64,000 nt of DNA from Eledone cirrhosa. Taxonomy: Eukaryota. The DNA lies in NCBI GenBank assembly GCA_964016885.1, contig OZ024740.1:317006001-317070000 (forward strand). The letters run 5' to 3'. Positions 27,181 to 39,779 of this stretch are shown in pieces. How positions within the stretch are numbered: the first letter of the stretch is position 1; every line of letters starts with the position of its first letter. A program made the translations under genes and the position numbers. Below the pieces are notes generated by a model that saw nothing but the letters and a program-made list of their open reading frames with translations, did no database searches and was not told the DNA's origin.

Positions 27181-30159
27181 CGTATTTTTGTTGACAAAAC
27201 AATAACAAAATTGAAGTAATATAAGGTAAAGGTGAGGGTTGTATACAGAAAATAAATGTTGGAACGTTTCTAGTCTTCAGGAACCATTGCATTCTAACCA
27301 GTGTAAAGCTTTCAAGTGAGTGCATACAATTAAAAGTCAAGCAATATGTATATAGCATGGCATGGACACTGAGTTATGTCCCCTGAATATAATGTCATTG
27401 GCTAATTGGCTGCTAAACTATTATGGGATAACACTGTAATCTGTTCTAGTGGTCTACTGCTGTTTATTATCCTCACTGATCTTCGGAGTTGCTGTTTGTT
27501 TATTTATTTACCTTGTTCCAGTGCATTATAAAGGTAAGCAGAAAATTCCACAAACGAAGAATTCTTCGGATATTTTTTTTTTCTTGCATCATTCTCACGT
27601 TTTGTTGTTGTGTGTAACAAAAAAAAAAAAACGAGTGTGTATGTCTTGAGATCGAGCAAATGTTTCCATTTCTCGATAGAAATGGTAGCTTGCTGTTATT
27701 ATAACCATTGTGTTATTCTTTCCTTTCGTCTCCCCCCTCACACTCTTAAGATATTGGAAAATACCTTATATGCTATTCGGTTCTTCACTCTCATCTATGT
27801 CTGTTTCTAGTTTGGAATGGAATTTTATTGTTAGTAACTAAAATTAATACTTGTCATCGAATTCCGATAAACATGTTGTCTTCTACATAAACCAACTGCG
27901 TAATTCACCAAGATTCTTCGATTTTCTTGGAAATGTCAGTGCCACAATGAATACCAGTTCTACTATTGTGCTACAGCTATCTTTCTTCCCTGACTATTTT
28001 CGATCCGTATTTCACGACGGGGGTTCTGTTTATTAATAGATTTAGTCATTGTTTATGACTATCTTTCACTAATTACGTTCTGTTAAGCTTTGATTTCCGC
28101 GGTTTCAGTGGAATAAATAATATTGATAAAGGAAAAAATGTAAGAAAAAGAGAAAAGAAAACCAAAAGCAACACAAATGTAATGGTTCTGTTAACAAAAA
28201 AGAAGCGTTTATTTTGTTATTATATCAGGTAAAACAATATGGAATATGTCTCGTGTTTGTCATTAAGAAAACACTAAACCTCTTTGTTATATGTGCACAC
28301 ACACACATTGTAGTAGGGGATTTTGCAACATGTTGATCCCGTGATCGACATATGCATTTTTTTTTTCATCTCTAGGTACTCACCTTTTTCTATTGTCAAA
28401 TGGTAAATGTGACTTAATTAATAGTAATAATAATGATAATAATAAAAAAGGCCAACTGATTGACCTTCTTCAAAGGTCAGTTTTCTTTGTGGACTCTTTA
28501 TTAGTTTACAACTTGTTTTTCTTTTACTTGTGGTTAAATGTAGCAGCAACTTATTTACCCACCACTGCAGATCTGATAAATATGAGTCTTCATGTCTATT
28601 ATAAAAAGAAATTATTCGATTAGAAAGGAAATAGTTTATTTGGATTTATTTCGTTGTTTACACTGATTTAGATGACCTATAAAATAAAGGTATTTCAGTC
28701 GTGACCATCCTATTTTGTTTTTAAACTAGTTATAGTGTATCTCGGACCACCTTATCAAATGTATCCCCCTTTTTTTAAAAAATGGTAGGGTGTAATTTGA
28801 AGCAAATTTAGCTACTGTTTCTAGTAGTTTTTTTTCTGTTTGGCAAAAATATGAAAAATTAAAAAAAATTAATGAAAGTTGAAATTTCATTTTATTCATA
28901 TTTTACAAACGTAAATATATTTAAATATATTTCATTTGTCTAATATATATTTTGTACTGAAATTCTGTTTTGTCCAACATATAAATTGGTGTAAATTCCA
29001 TGTGTAAAAACACACATATTGGTAAAGAACTAATTGTAATGGCCGTTTTCCCCCATGGCTATCTTGTTATTGTTTTCATCCTGATCCACATATATCTATA
29101 TATACATATATTGGAGATTTGCCAGGTGAACGAATGCTTCTGACGGCATTGTGTTCAGAGTAAATTATATGTAGTTCGATGAACTTTGGATCTTCCCAAC
29201 ACGAAATAGCAGCTAAATTTCCCTTTAATTACTCCTCCCTACACGAGAAAAAAAAATAATTCATTTGATAGTGTAGACCTCCATTCAAATTATATCTGAA
29301 AAATAAAATACGGGATGGGAACGTAAACCTCGATACAAATTATACCTGAAAAATAAAATATGGGATAGGTATTAAGATATCTTTAATTACAGGTTTATAT
29401 AGTCAAAACTGACCTGGGTCTACACGACAATACTTCATACTACTATCACCTGTAAAATCTTAATGTAATTTCATATTTTCTTTAAATGTTGCTATTCTTA
29501 TTAACTTCGTTGAATATTCCGTTCGATTTGTTTCATGTAATATTTGTTATTTCACTGTTATAACACCATCGTTATATGACGGATATATAAAATGGTCCCC
29601 GTCAGTTTCGACGATGAGCCTTCTAGTTCGGTCAACTGAACCGCCTACTCCTTGAATTAATATGTAGGTGATTGAGTATTCACCAGATATTTGTAATTCT
29701 AAAGTAACTCTCAAGGGTATATATACATCGTAAGTGTATGATAAGGCTGGTCTGGCCCTTTAAATGGCATGATTACACGTACTGCTCGTTCAACGGCCTT
29801 CCCAAAGTGCCACAAGGCTTAGGTTGACCAAAGACTATAACATTAGACATTTATCCAGCGGGATCAGACCTAGAACCTCAAGATAAATACTCAGGGCTGA
29901 AGTAACCATTAAGCAAAATATACAAATGCTTATGGTATGAAGAGAAGAGGGGCCTCGTTTTATTTGAATTAAATGTGTCATTAGAAAAAAATTTTTGGGG
30001 GCAGATTTTATATATGGGGTCATCGTAATCTTTTAAGTGCTTACAGTCTCAAAAGGTCTTAATCCGGCATTGTATATACTTTTGTATTAAAATGTGTCCT
30101 ATGTGTAGACAAAATACATGTCTCATAAAATTACAGCATATTATTTTCCCTTTACGGTC

Positions 30160-30392
30160 TAGGTTCAAATCCCGCCGAGGTTAACTTTGCCTTTCATCCT
30201 TACGGGGTCGATAAAATAAAGTACCAGTAATGTACTGGGTAATTACTGGCCTTGTGCCAAAAGTAGAAACAATTATTTTTCAAATCCCGTCGAGGTTAAC
30301 TTTGCCTTTCATCCTTACCGGGTCGATAAAATAAAGTACCAGTAATGTACTGGATAATTGCTGGCCTTGTGCCAAAAGTAGAAACAATTATT
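30160..30392 (+). mobile_element. Tandem pair of 5'-truncated Meta-like SINEs
   Basis: Two ~115-bp head-to-tail copies TCAAATCCCG.CGAGG...GTAGAAACAATTATTTTT. Confidence 0.88.
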
Positions 30393-31169
30393 TTTCAAAT
30401 CTTTCCAACTTTCTTATTACTAGTGTGTGTGTACATTACATATAACTAGACAGCAAGTGTTTTGATGTTATTTGCCAATATTGGCACAAGAACACACATT
30501 TTATTTATTTATTTTGAAGGTAGAGAGAGGGGGAGAGAATATAGCTGATTAAATCAAACCACCACTCGATTGGTACTTTATTTAATCGACTATAACAATT
30601 GGCTAAATATTTAAATATCGAAAGACAAAGAATTCTCTATGTATGTGATTCTTGTATTATGACGAAATGTTTATTCTTCGACGATTGACCCCTCCTCTTC
30701 CTTGTAATATCTAGAAAGTGTACTACAATATAAAGTTATCCTCGTGACAATCATAACTGTTGGCCAGTGAAATCATAGTTATTACGACTATGATGTCACT
30801 CACAGACTTTCATATTTATGCTATCATACTGACAAAAAGTAAAAGAAATCAGAAACCATTATTCAATTTAGAATCTTAGGTAATTTTTTATTATCTCACC
30901 TGGTTTGTAAAACGATATCTTTATTGTTTAAGGTTTTCCAACAATCTTTTTTAATCTAGCATTCCTCTCCTCACTCCTCAAATCATTCAGTAGTTATTAA
31001 AAGGTTAATTTCAAAGATGGCATATCCTCAGGGGAATTTCTTAATATATGATATTTGAAATTCTTAATTTATTCACAGGTGGAATTATTTTAATTGAATT
31101 GTATATTATATATATATATTGATTATAAATGTTATAGTTGACTAACACGTATGGGTAAATGCATTCGAT

Positions 31170-31346
31170 GTTCAGAGAGTGGGATTGGCCCCGTGCAAAG
31201 CCTTTCCTCGCTTAAAACAGCTTGAAGAACAGTTATCGCTTGATATGTGACATTGTTTTGCAATGCATGGTATTGCTGGCCATAGGCAAGTCCCTAGCTT
31301 AAGTATCAAGCGATGGCATTACTCGAAATCGAGTTGCAGCCATCAT
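31170..31346 (+). mobile_element. Short non-autonomous RTE derivative (5' UTR motif joined to 3' terminus)
   Basis: AGAGAGTGGGATTGGC..GTGCA and GGC..TACTCGAAA.CGAGTT.CAGCCA.CAT are both shared with 44929-45540. Confidence 0.55.
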
Positions 31347-31394
31347 GTATGCATGCTTGCACGTACGTACGTGCGCGTGTGTGATACTCTTATA

Positions 31395-31510
31395 GTGGCT
31401 TAGTGGTTAGGGTGTTGGACTTGCGATCATAAGATCGTGGGTTCAGTTTGTGACTAGGTGGAGCTCTGTGTGTTCCAGTTCTTGAGCCGGACACTATATT
31501 TTACGTCACT
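31395..31510 (+). mobile_element. Degenerate CORE-type tRNA SINE head
   Basis: GTGGCTTAGTGGTTAGG...GGTTCAG...CTTGAGC.GGACACT. Confidence 0.6.
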
Positions 31511-31802
31511 TTTCATGATAGAACTTGGGCCCATATAAAAAAAACAAAACATCCGATGTGCAACCTCGTAGGAAGCCAGCTAAACTTGCATAGTTGTAAG
31601 AAATAAATTTGATTTTCTCTCAGGCTAAGATCGGTTATACTAGAAAGAACTCAATACATGTTAGTTTGCAGAGTATATTTTATTTTGAATGTCGTTGTAA
31701 GGCTTATATTCACACACACACACACACAATATATAGATGCATGCTAGCGTGGAAGATGGACGTTAAACGAAGATGATGATGATGATATATATATATATCT
31801 TA

Positions 31803-31897
31803 ATATATGGTTTTATAAATATAGTTTCCATTTATTTAATATCATTGAATATTTACTCCAGTAAATGTTGAGTGCTCTAAATCAGTTATAAACATTT
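31803..31897 (+). repeat. Solo 3' end of the 36857-37315 fold-back family
   Basis: ATATGGTTTTATAAATATAGTTTC...TTGAGTGCT...ATCAGTTATAAA matches the reverse complement of 36895-36985. Confidence 0.7.
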
Positions 31898-32409
31898 ATA
31901 TATATGTCGGACTTCCACCCCCTTCTACTTATATCTTAATATATATTTCTAAACGTGTAATTGTATGTCCATTTCTCCCCCCTCCTCCTCATTTTTATGT
32001 AACAATTCTCCCAGCTCCTCTCTCCAGGTTCGCTGCTTTACTTATTTTCCCCATTACTCATTCTTTTTCATTTATCATTTGCTTTTTCTCTCTCACTATT
32101 TCTTCCTCTTTTATATTTCTCTTCTTTCTCACTCATATGACGTTACTAACAAATAGACGCTACTATTGTGCCGTTGTCATAAATGCTCTCTTTCTATCGC
32201 CGTTTATTTCTCTCTCTTTTATCTCCTTTCTCTCTCACCCACTCTCTACTTTGAAATAATTTCTTTTATCACCAGTTGCCTTTTAAACAATTTACCATAC
32301 ATTACAAGTTATTTAATTAAAAAGCAAAACACGGACAATATGTGTATGTACATACATACGTATATATGTAAATATGTATGTATATGTGGGTAGTGGGATA
32401 CCCACATAA

Positions 32410-33965
32410 TATCAAACATTCTCGCTCGGCTTAGTTTTGCTAACAAGAATTTATAAAGGGACCTGCTCATGTTTATTGTAGGTTTGCTGGTGGCTGACCC
32501 GACTGCAAGGGAACTTCTGTTCTGGCTTGGTGTTGTGCCATGTATTTTTCTCCGACTCCATTAGTCCTCAGCATCAGTCCTGTGAACACTCTCAAAGGAT
32601 GAAACAGAGTGGTAGATGTTGTGTCACTAAGTTACAATGATCAGTGGCCACATCAAAGCACTGGTGATGGTCATTATGACATGTTTGATGGGATTTCTTT
32701 AGGGTATCATTCTATCATTTTCGGCGTCCCTGTCCCTTTGTTGCCATGGTCAGTGGAGAGTTCACCATACAATGCAATCTTGGACAAGTGATGGTTTTCT
32801 ATCCAGAAAATATGCCCTGCCCAGCACATAACCTGGCTACTGGTGATCTCTGCTTTGTTTAAGAACTTCAATATTGGTGCCAGTCACTTTAGCAGATGTT
32901 GCGGATGGTGTGAAGGCAGCAATGGTGGCAGTGTGCAAAGAGTCATATCTGACGTCAGTAAGTATCCCATGACTTAGAGCTATACAGGAAGTTGGTCAGT
33001 GAAATGGCTTTATATATGCCGATCTTGGTGGGTTTTTACAGGTGTTTGTTGTTGCAGACCTCTCTTGTACAGCCTAGTGAATGTATATTTGCCTTTTCCA
33101 GTCTGTTGTCAACTTCTTTATTGATCTTGGCATCTGACAACATGGTGCAACCCAGGTAGCTAAACTGGTGAACTGTCTTCAGCTTTGTTTCCCTTGTGGT
33201 GATGCAGGATGAGTGGTAATCTTCTTGGGGTGAAGACTGGTGGAGAACCTTCATCTTCAAGCTGACCTCCAGTCTGAAAAACTTGGTAGCTTTTGCAAAG
33301 CAGGATGTTATACACTACAGGGATGATTTTATGTTGGCAATGAGGACAGCAAAGAATATACTTCGATGAGTTGCTTAAGTGTCTTGGAGTGGGATTGTTA
33401 TCATCTCAGATTAAATAGACTGCCAACAGTGTGTTATCTGACATAGAAACTGTCTTCCCTCTTAAGGCTCACTGTAGTCTTTATGAGTACCATGCTGAAG
33501 AGTACACTGAAAAGTGTTGGCATTTCCTATGGAGAATGTTTTGGAGAGCTCATAATTGCATCTGACCTGGCCATGTTAATCATCATGCAGTTGGACAATC
33601 ATGTGAAATTTGGGGGGGGGGGGGTCATCCTAGATCCTCTATAGATGTCTCTGGTTCACAGTGACAAATGCTTTGGTAAAGTAAACTCCATTGTTTTGCT
33701 CCTTGAATTTCTCTTGGAGCTACCTGAGAACAAGGTAACTAGTGCTTATAAGTAGAACATATAAGTAGTGCTTCTCAGCTCTGAATCCACTATGGTCAGT
33801 ACTAGTGTATTCATGAATACTCTCATGAGGATGTTTTCTGCAATGGAGAGCGGAGTTATTTCCTGGTAGTTGGAGCAGTCGGATTTCACTCCTTTGTTCT
33901 TGTACAGGGGGATGATGGCAGCACCGTGATAGTTTGCCTTGTTCCCAGCTGCAGACAAAGAACTT
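32410..33965 (-). pseudogene. Degenerate RTE (BovB-like) retrotransposon
   Basis: Frameshifted pieces IIPLYKNKGVKSDCSNY..I.PLSIA and QFSYLGC.....I.KEVDNRL.KAN. Confidence 0.75.
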
Positions 33966-34385
33966 GTTGAGTATTATATGCAGATCTTTTCTTTGTAACC
34001 TGTGCAGGTTTTCTGCAATCAGGACTGATGTCTTATTAGGTGGTAGCATTGCAGTTCACATGTATGCATCATATAATATACCATTTACTCTGAGAAATAA
34101 GTTCTTTATTGTCAGCAATGGTACCAGCTCCCTAAACTTCTTCCAGCTGGTTCTTAACCTGGCACTCATACTTTCAGAGTATTCTTCCCAACTACTGATT
34201 AGACTCCCTAGGTAAGAAACCTGTCAACAATTTCTAAGGAGATTCTCAGGCAACCAAGGGAATATAATTCACGTGTACTTTTATTGCTTACTTGTCCTGT
34301 GAATCTGCCATATAGAAAGCCTGTCTTGTCTATTAACATGCTCACAATCCCACTATATCCCTTGTACATCCATAGATTACATGCA
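33966..34385 (-). pseudogene. Degenerate fragment of a PHD-type RTE
   Basis: CNLWMYKGYSGI (decayed PHD), EIVDRF, ARLRTSWKKFREL. Confidence 0.65.
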
Positions 34386-34409
34386 TATATGTGTGTATAT
34401 ATGATGTAT

Positions 34410-34750
34410 GTGAAGGTGCATCGCTTAGTGGTTAGAGCATTGAGCTTGCAATCGAAAGGTTGTGAGTTCAATTCTCGAACCGGGTGATCGTTGTGTCCTT
34501 GAGCAAGACACTTTATTTCACGTTGCTCCAGTTTACTCAGCTGTAGAAATGAGTTGCGATGTCACTGAGGACAAGCTGTATCGGTCATAGCCTTTCCCTT
34601 GGACATCATCGGTGGCGTGGATAGGGGAGACTGGTATGCATGGGCGACTAATGGTCTTCCTTAAACAATCTTTCCCGGACTTGTACTCCGGAGGGAAACT
34701 TTCTAGGTGCAAATCACATGGTCATTCGTGACCGAGGGGGGGGGGGGTCT

Positions 34751-34752
<2 letters not shown>
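34410..34752 (+). mobile_element. CORE-type tRNA-derived SINE, full length
   Basis: A and B boxes, then GTGTCCTTGAGCAAGACACTTTATTTCACGTTGCTCCAG CORE-like domain. Confidence 0.85.
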
Positions 34753-34780
<28 letters not shown>

Positions 34781-34788
<8 letters not shown>

Positions 34789-34905
34789 AAGTGAAGAAAA
34801 ACCGATTGTGTTGTTATTTCTATTTACCTTTTACATACACATATATATGTATGTAAAAGGTAAACAGAAATAACAACACCATCGGTTTTTCTTTGCTTCT
34901 TATAT
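34781..34905. repeat. Imperfect palindrome in (TA)n
   Basis: AAGAAG..AAGAAAAACCGAT.GTGTTGTTATTTCT.TTTACCTTTTACATAC and its reverse complement. Confidence 0.8.
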
Positions 34906-35120
34906 ATATATATATATATATCAATACTCATTTTTTCCATTTATCCGAGGGTTCTTAACCCCACTATCAGGCTAAATAATTTCTTTAATTTCTTTAGTCA
35001 AAATACGGCGATAGCTTACATTTCTAATAATTTCAAACCCAAACGCTGTTTTGAAGATATTCTTACTTTATATATATATATATCCTTTATTTGTTCTGTT
35101 CTTTGCACGCCCCTCCGTTT

Positions 35121-35713
<593 letters not shown>

Positions 35714-35984
35714 ATTTACCTAGTTGTCTAAATTTCAATGACAGCGTCTTGTTTCTATGTTAGAAACCGTCTATTTCTCTCTCCCTCTGTTAGTGAAAAT
35801 TTATAATATAACAAAACTAGAAGAATACATGTGTGTGTTTGTATACGATGTGCTTTTGCAGTTTCTGGCTCCTCAATTTCACCGACGAGGCTATAGCAGA
35901 TGACACTTGTTCAAGATGGTCTGTAGTAGGACTGAACTTGAAACTACAATGTTGCGAAGCGAACACATAGCCATACATGCCCCG

Positions 35985-36037
<53 letters not shown>

Positions 36038-36090
36038 GGGATAACAAATTATTGTTATAGGTAGTCCACTTAGATGTAGTCCAGTTCTCG

Positions 36091-36201
36091 CATGCTCTGA
36101 TGAATAGACTGGTTATAACAAAGTATTGGTGATCGATTGACGCAAAAATAGGTTCGGTAGCCATCTCTAGACCTACCAGTTCAGAGAAACAATTGTCAGC
36201 A
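36091..36201 (+). ncRNA. Type I hammerhead ribozyme motif with extended stem II loop
   Basis: TGCT-CTGATGA-(GACTGGT...ACCAGTT)-GAAAC-AATT-GTC-AGCA; GUC triplet; AATAAA at 36207. Confidence 0.65.
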
Positions 36202-36252
36202 ATGTGAATAAAGCCCTTATTGTATAGCAAACCATGTCATTCTTCTTTCTTG

Positions 36253-36296
<44 letters not shown>

Positions 36297-36642
36297 GTAC
36301 ATACACATACATATATGCACACACACATACCAAATCCTATTTCGAAGTTTTTTTTCTTTTCTCAATTAAATGGGGGAGAAAATCATCGATAATTAAATAT
36401 ATTTGAATTATGTCAGAATTTTCTCAGATTCTTATTGGTTACGTGCAGCCGATTAACTGCAGATTATAAATAACTTATGATATCTGTCTAAAATAGATTC
36501 TATGTCCGAGGGAAATACCATAGTTTACCGTTCTGCAGAGTGAAAGTATTCAGTAGGCAAAAACGCCCTTTAGGTGTGTTTAATATATGCAACCGGTACT
36601 GGCAGGGAAAACTGATGCTAGTCCCGTCAACTTATATATATA

Positions 36643-36815
36643 GTTGACTGAGAGAAAGGGGTACTCAACCGAAGTAGTTTTAATATTCATTTTATTAAGG
36701 CTAAATAGTGAGTCTTGTTACTTCTGAGTATCACCAGTTTATTAGGAAGACTTGGGGATTTGATTGAGAAGGGGTAATTAAGAAAACTGAGTACCCCTTT
36801 CTCTCAGCCATCAAC
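36643..36815. repeat. Short inverted repeat (CTGAGAGAAAGGGGTACTCA) with ~120-bp spacer
   Basis: Arms at ~36648-36667 and ~36789-36808. Confidence 0.7.
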
Positions 36816-36824
36816 CACATACAG

Positions 36825-36856
<32 letters not shown>

Positions 36857-36986
36857 GCAAAAGTTCTATTTAAATTGTTGGGATACAACAAGCAAATATT
36901 TTTATAACTGATATAAAGCACTCGACAAGTATTTGGAATAAATATACGATATTAACAAATAGAAACTATATTTATAAAACCATATT

Positions 36987-37051
36987 TATTTCATTATACA
37001 TATTTCAAGGATACCATGTTAAATTATGGTATGCCTTCATCAGACAAAATA
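36987..37051 (-). ncRNA. Type I minimal hammerhead ribozyme motif (mirror copy)
   Basis: Exact reverse complement of 37206-37270. Confidence 0.7.
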
Positions 37052-37205
37052 CAATATATACCAGTTTTATAAATAAACATTGACGTACCCTTTCAAAATG
37101 CAACCGTTACTTTTGGAAGACATCAGGATCCTGATGTCTTCCAAAAGTAACGGTTGCATTTTGAAAGGGTACGTCAATGTTTATTTATAAAACTGGTATA
37201 TATTG

Positions 37206-37270
37206 TATTTTGTCTGATGAAGGCATACCATAATTTAACATGGTATCCTTGAAATATGTATAATGAAATA
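37206..37270 (+). ncRNA. Type I minimal hammerhead ribozyme motif
   Basis: TATTTTGT-CTGATGA-AGGCATACCAT[AATTTAAC]ATGGTATCCTT-GAAAT-ATGT-ATA-ATGAAATA. Confidence 0.7.
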
Positions 37271-37310
37271 AATATGGTTTTATAAATATAGTTTCTATTT
37301 GTTAATATCG

Positions 37311-37344
<34 letters not shown>

Positions 37345-37348
37345 TATT

Positions 37349-37405
<57 letters not shown>

Positions 37406-37412
37406 TATTTAT

Positions 37413-37453
<41 letters not shown>

Positions 37454-37460
37454 TATTTAT

Positions 37461-37497
<37 letters not shown>

Positions 37498-37504
37498 TAT
37501 TTAT

Positions 37505-37549
<45 letters not shown>

Positions 37550-37556
37550 TATTTAT

Positions 37557-37599
<43 letters not shown>

Positions 37600-37606
37600 T
37601 ATTTAT

Positions 37607-37649
<43 letters not shown>

Positions 37650-37656
37650 TATTTAT

Positions 37657-37693
<37 letters not shown>

Positions 37694-37700
37694 TATTTAT

Positions 37701-37748
<48 letters not shown>

Positions 37749-37751
37749 TAT

Positions 37752-37799
<48 letters not shown>

Positions 37800-37802
37800 T
37801 AT

Positions 37803-37854
<52 letters not shown>

Positions 37855-37857
37855 TAT

Positions 37858-37921
<64 letters not shown>
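37311..37921. repeat. (TA)n array with periodic ATTATATTATTTATT spacers
   Basis: Direct reading. Confidence 0.95.
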
Positions 37922-37928
<7 letters not shown>

Positions 37929-38544
37929 CATAAGGGAAATAACTCCAGTAAGATCTATTTTTGGACCATACAAACTGGAATATACCTATATAAATCCACC
38001 TGATGGAAGCAGTGGTCAGATTTCGGTCATATTAGACCTCGTCGGGTCCCTTTGACTCGAATAATTTCTTTATGGATGAAATGGGCAGCGGAATTAAAGT
38101 CACAATTTTGGTTATGATAAAAAAATACAGCAAAACTCTTAATCATCATCATCATCGTTTAGCCTCCATTATCCTTGACCTCAAGGTGGGCTGGAGGCTC
38201 GACATACAATTTCACTCTCTTAGTGCATTTTATTGTGGCACCAACACTAGTGAAGTTGTCAAATCCTTGAAAACAGCTGAAGAGTCCTCCTGACCCTTTA
38301 AATATCTTTGATATGTTTTTATTTAGTTAAAATATAGACCCCTCACTCCCTCACAACGACGTAATGACATCATATAAACTGTGTTGTGTGTAAAAAATAA
38401 TTCACAGTATTTTCAGTTAATAAGCGACTTAGAATGACATCTAATACCGTTAACTATTATTTATATGTAAATGAAATGCGACAATTAATATTTTAAGCTG
38501 ATTATTAACTGATAATACGTTGTGCCTAATGGTCTCTGATTTAG

Positions 38545-38720
38545 GTATTAGGTAAATAATTTTAGGGGAAGAAGAAAGTCGATTGTATCGACTCCAGTAC
38601 GTGACTCGTACTTTATTTTATCGACCCTGGAAGGGTGAAAGGCAAAGTTAATCTCGGCGGGATTTGAACTCAGAATGTAAAGAGCCAGAACAAATACTAG
38701 AAGGAATTTGTCCGACGCTC
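38545..38720 (-). mobile_element. Meta-like SINE, diverged
   Basis: TACTTTATTTTATCGACCCTGGAAGGGTGAAAGGCAAAG...GGGATTTGAACTCAG. Confidence 0.75.
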
Positions 38721-38764
38721 ATACATTGTTTATAACAATTTATAATCCGGGAACTTCAATGTGA

Positions 38765-39535
38765 TTGTAGAAATAGCACCCAAATATCCCTCAAACTACA
38801 CCTTACCATTGGAAATTGTATTCACGGGTCTTCTGCATTTATGAAAAAGACAGGATGGTCATGGCTAGAAGGCCTTTAATTATAGGTTTGTTCCGTCAAG
38901 GTTAGCCTGGGGTTATAAAACAATAACAGTTTAAATAGTGGCATTAAACGTACGAGGAAAAAATTACGTTTTATTCAACATCGTAAAAAGATTTTATTTA
39001 AAGTACGTGGTATAACATTTTTTATTCTGGGTTCGATAAAATAAGTATCAATCGATTGTTGCTTTCTCTAAAATCTGTGGTTTTGTTTCTATTTGAGAAA
39101 CTAATAATCAATTATTTATAAATTAAACAAATTAACACACACACACACACAGATACATGTTTTAGACAATCACAAGAACCATTGAGGGTATCTCTGCTAG
39201 AAATAGCAGCAGAATTTTCCTACTGCCTTAAAATGGCTTATTATAGTCTTGATTTCTTTTCACACCTGAAAAAGAAAAACAGGATGGTAACGGCTGGAAT
39301 GCCTTTAATCATTAGTCTAGTTGCTGAGGGTTGACCTGGGCCGAAATAACACAACATATAGGATATTACTAATTTAACAAAAGAGTTTCTATATGGCCAC
39401 TCAGCCTGCTAGAAATAACTACGAAGTGCCCTTAAAATAAGGTTGGGCAAGTTATATGTAAATATATAAAAGACGGGATGGTTACGTCTGGAATTCATTT
39501 TATCTTGGGTCTACTTGATTAGGGCTGGCCTGTCT
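38765..39535. repeat. Cluster of an unclassified interspersed repeat (CTAGAAATAGCAGCCAAAT ... GGATGGTCATGGCTGGAATGCC)
   Basis: Three copies here; others near 1560, 14990-15260, 28660-28825 and 29200-29425. Confidence 0.6.
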
Positions 39536-39586
39536 GATTTACGATAAAGCAAAAATATGTAAATATCTCTTGGCTTATGAAAAATT

Positions 39587-39779
39587 AATAATTGTTTCTA
39601 CTTTTGACACAAGGCCAGCAATTACCCAGTGTATTACTGATACTTTATTTTATCGACCCCGTAAGGATGAAAGGCAAAGTTAACCTCGGCGGGATTTGAA
39701 CTCAGAATGACAAGGGCCGTAACTCTATGCGTCAAAGCATGGCGCCCGACCCTCTACCGATACTGCCAATCCACCGCCC
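39587..39779 (-). mobile_element. Meta-like SINE, full length with target-site duplication
   Basis: Flanked by CTTATGAAAAATTAATAAT at ~39574-39592 and ~39779-39797. Confidence 0.9.

Larger units (their letters stand above)
36857..37315. mobile_element. Perfect 374-bp palindrome (no spacer) plus left extension; PLE-like inverted pLTR
   Basis: 36942-37315 is symmetric about GGATCC (37126-37131); each arm carries a hammerhead; bounded by (TA)n. Confidence 0.8.

Noticed and set aside
34410-34490. tRNA gene
   Set aside because: A and B boxes continue into a SINE body; no acceptor stem evident. The same applies to 22632, 31395, 52220 and 62480
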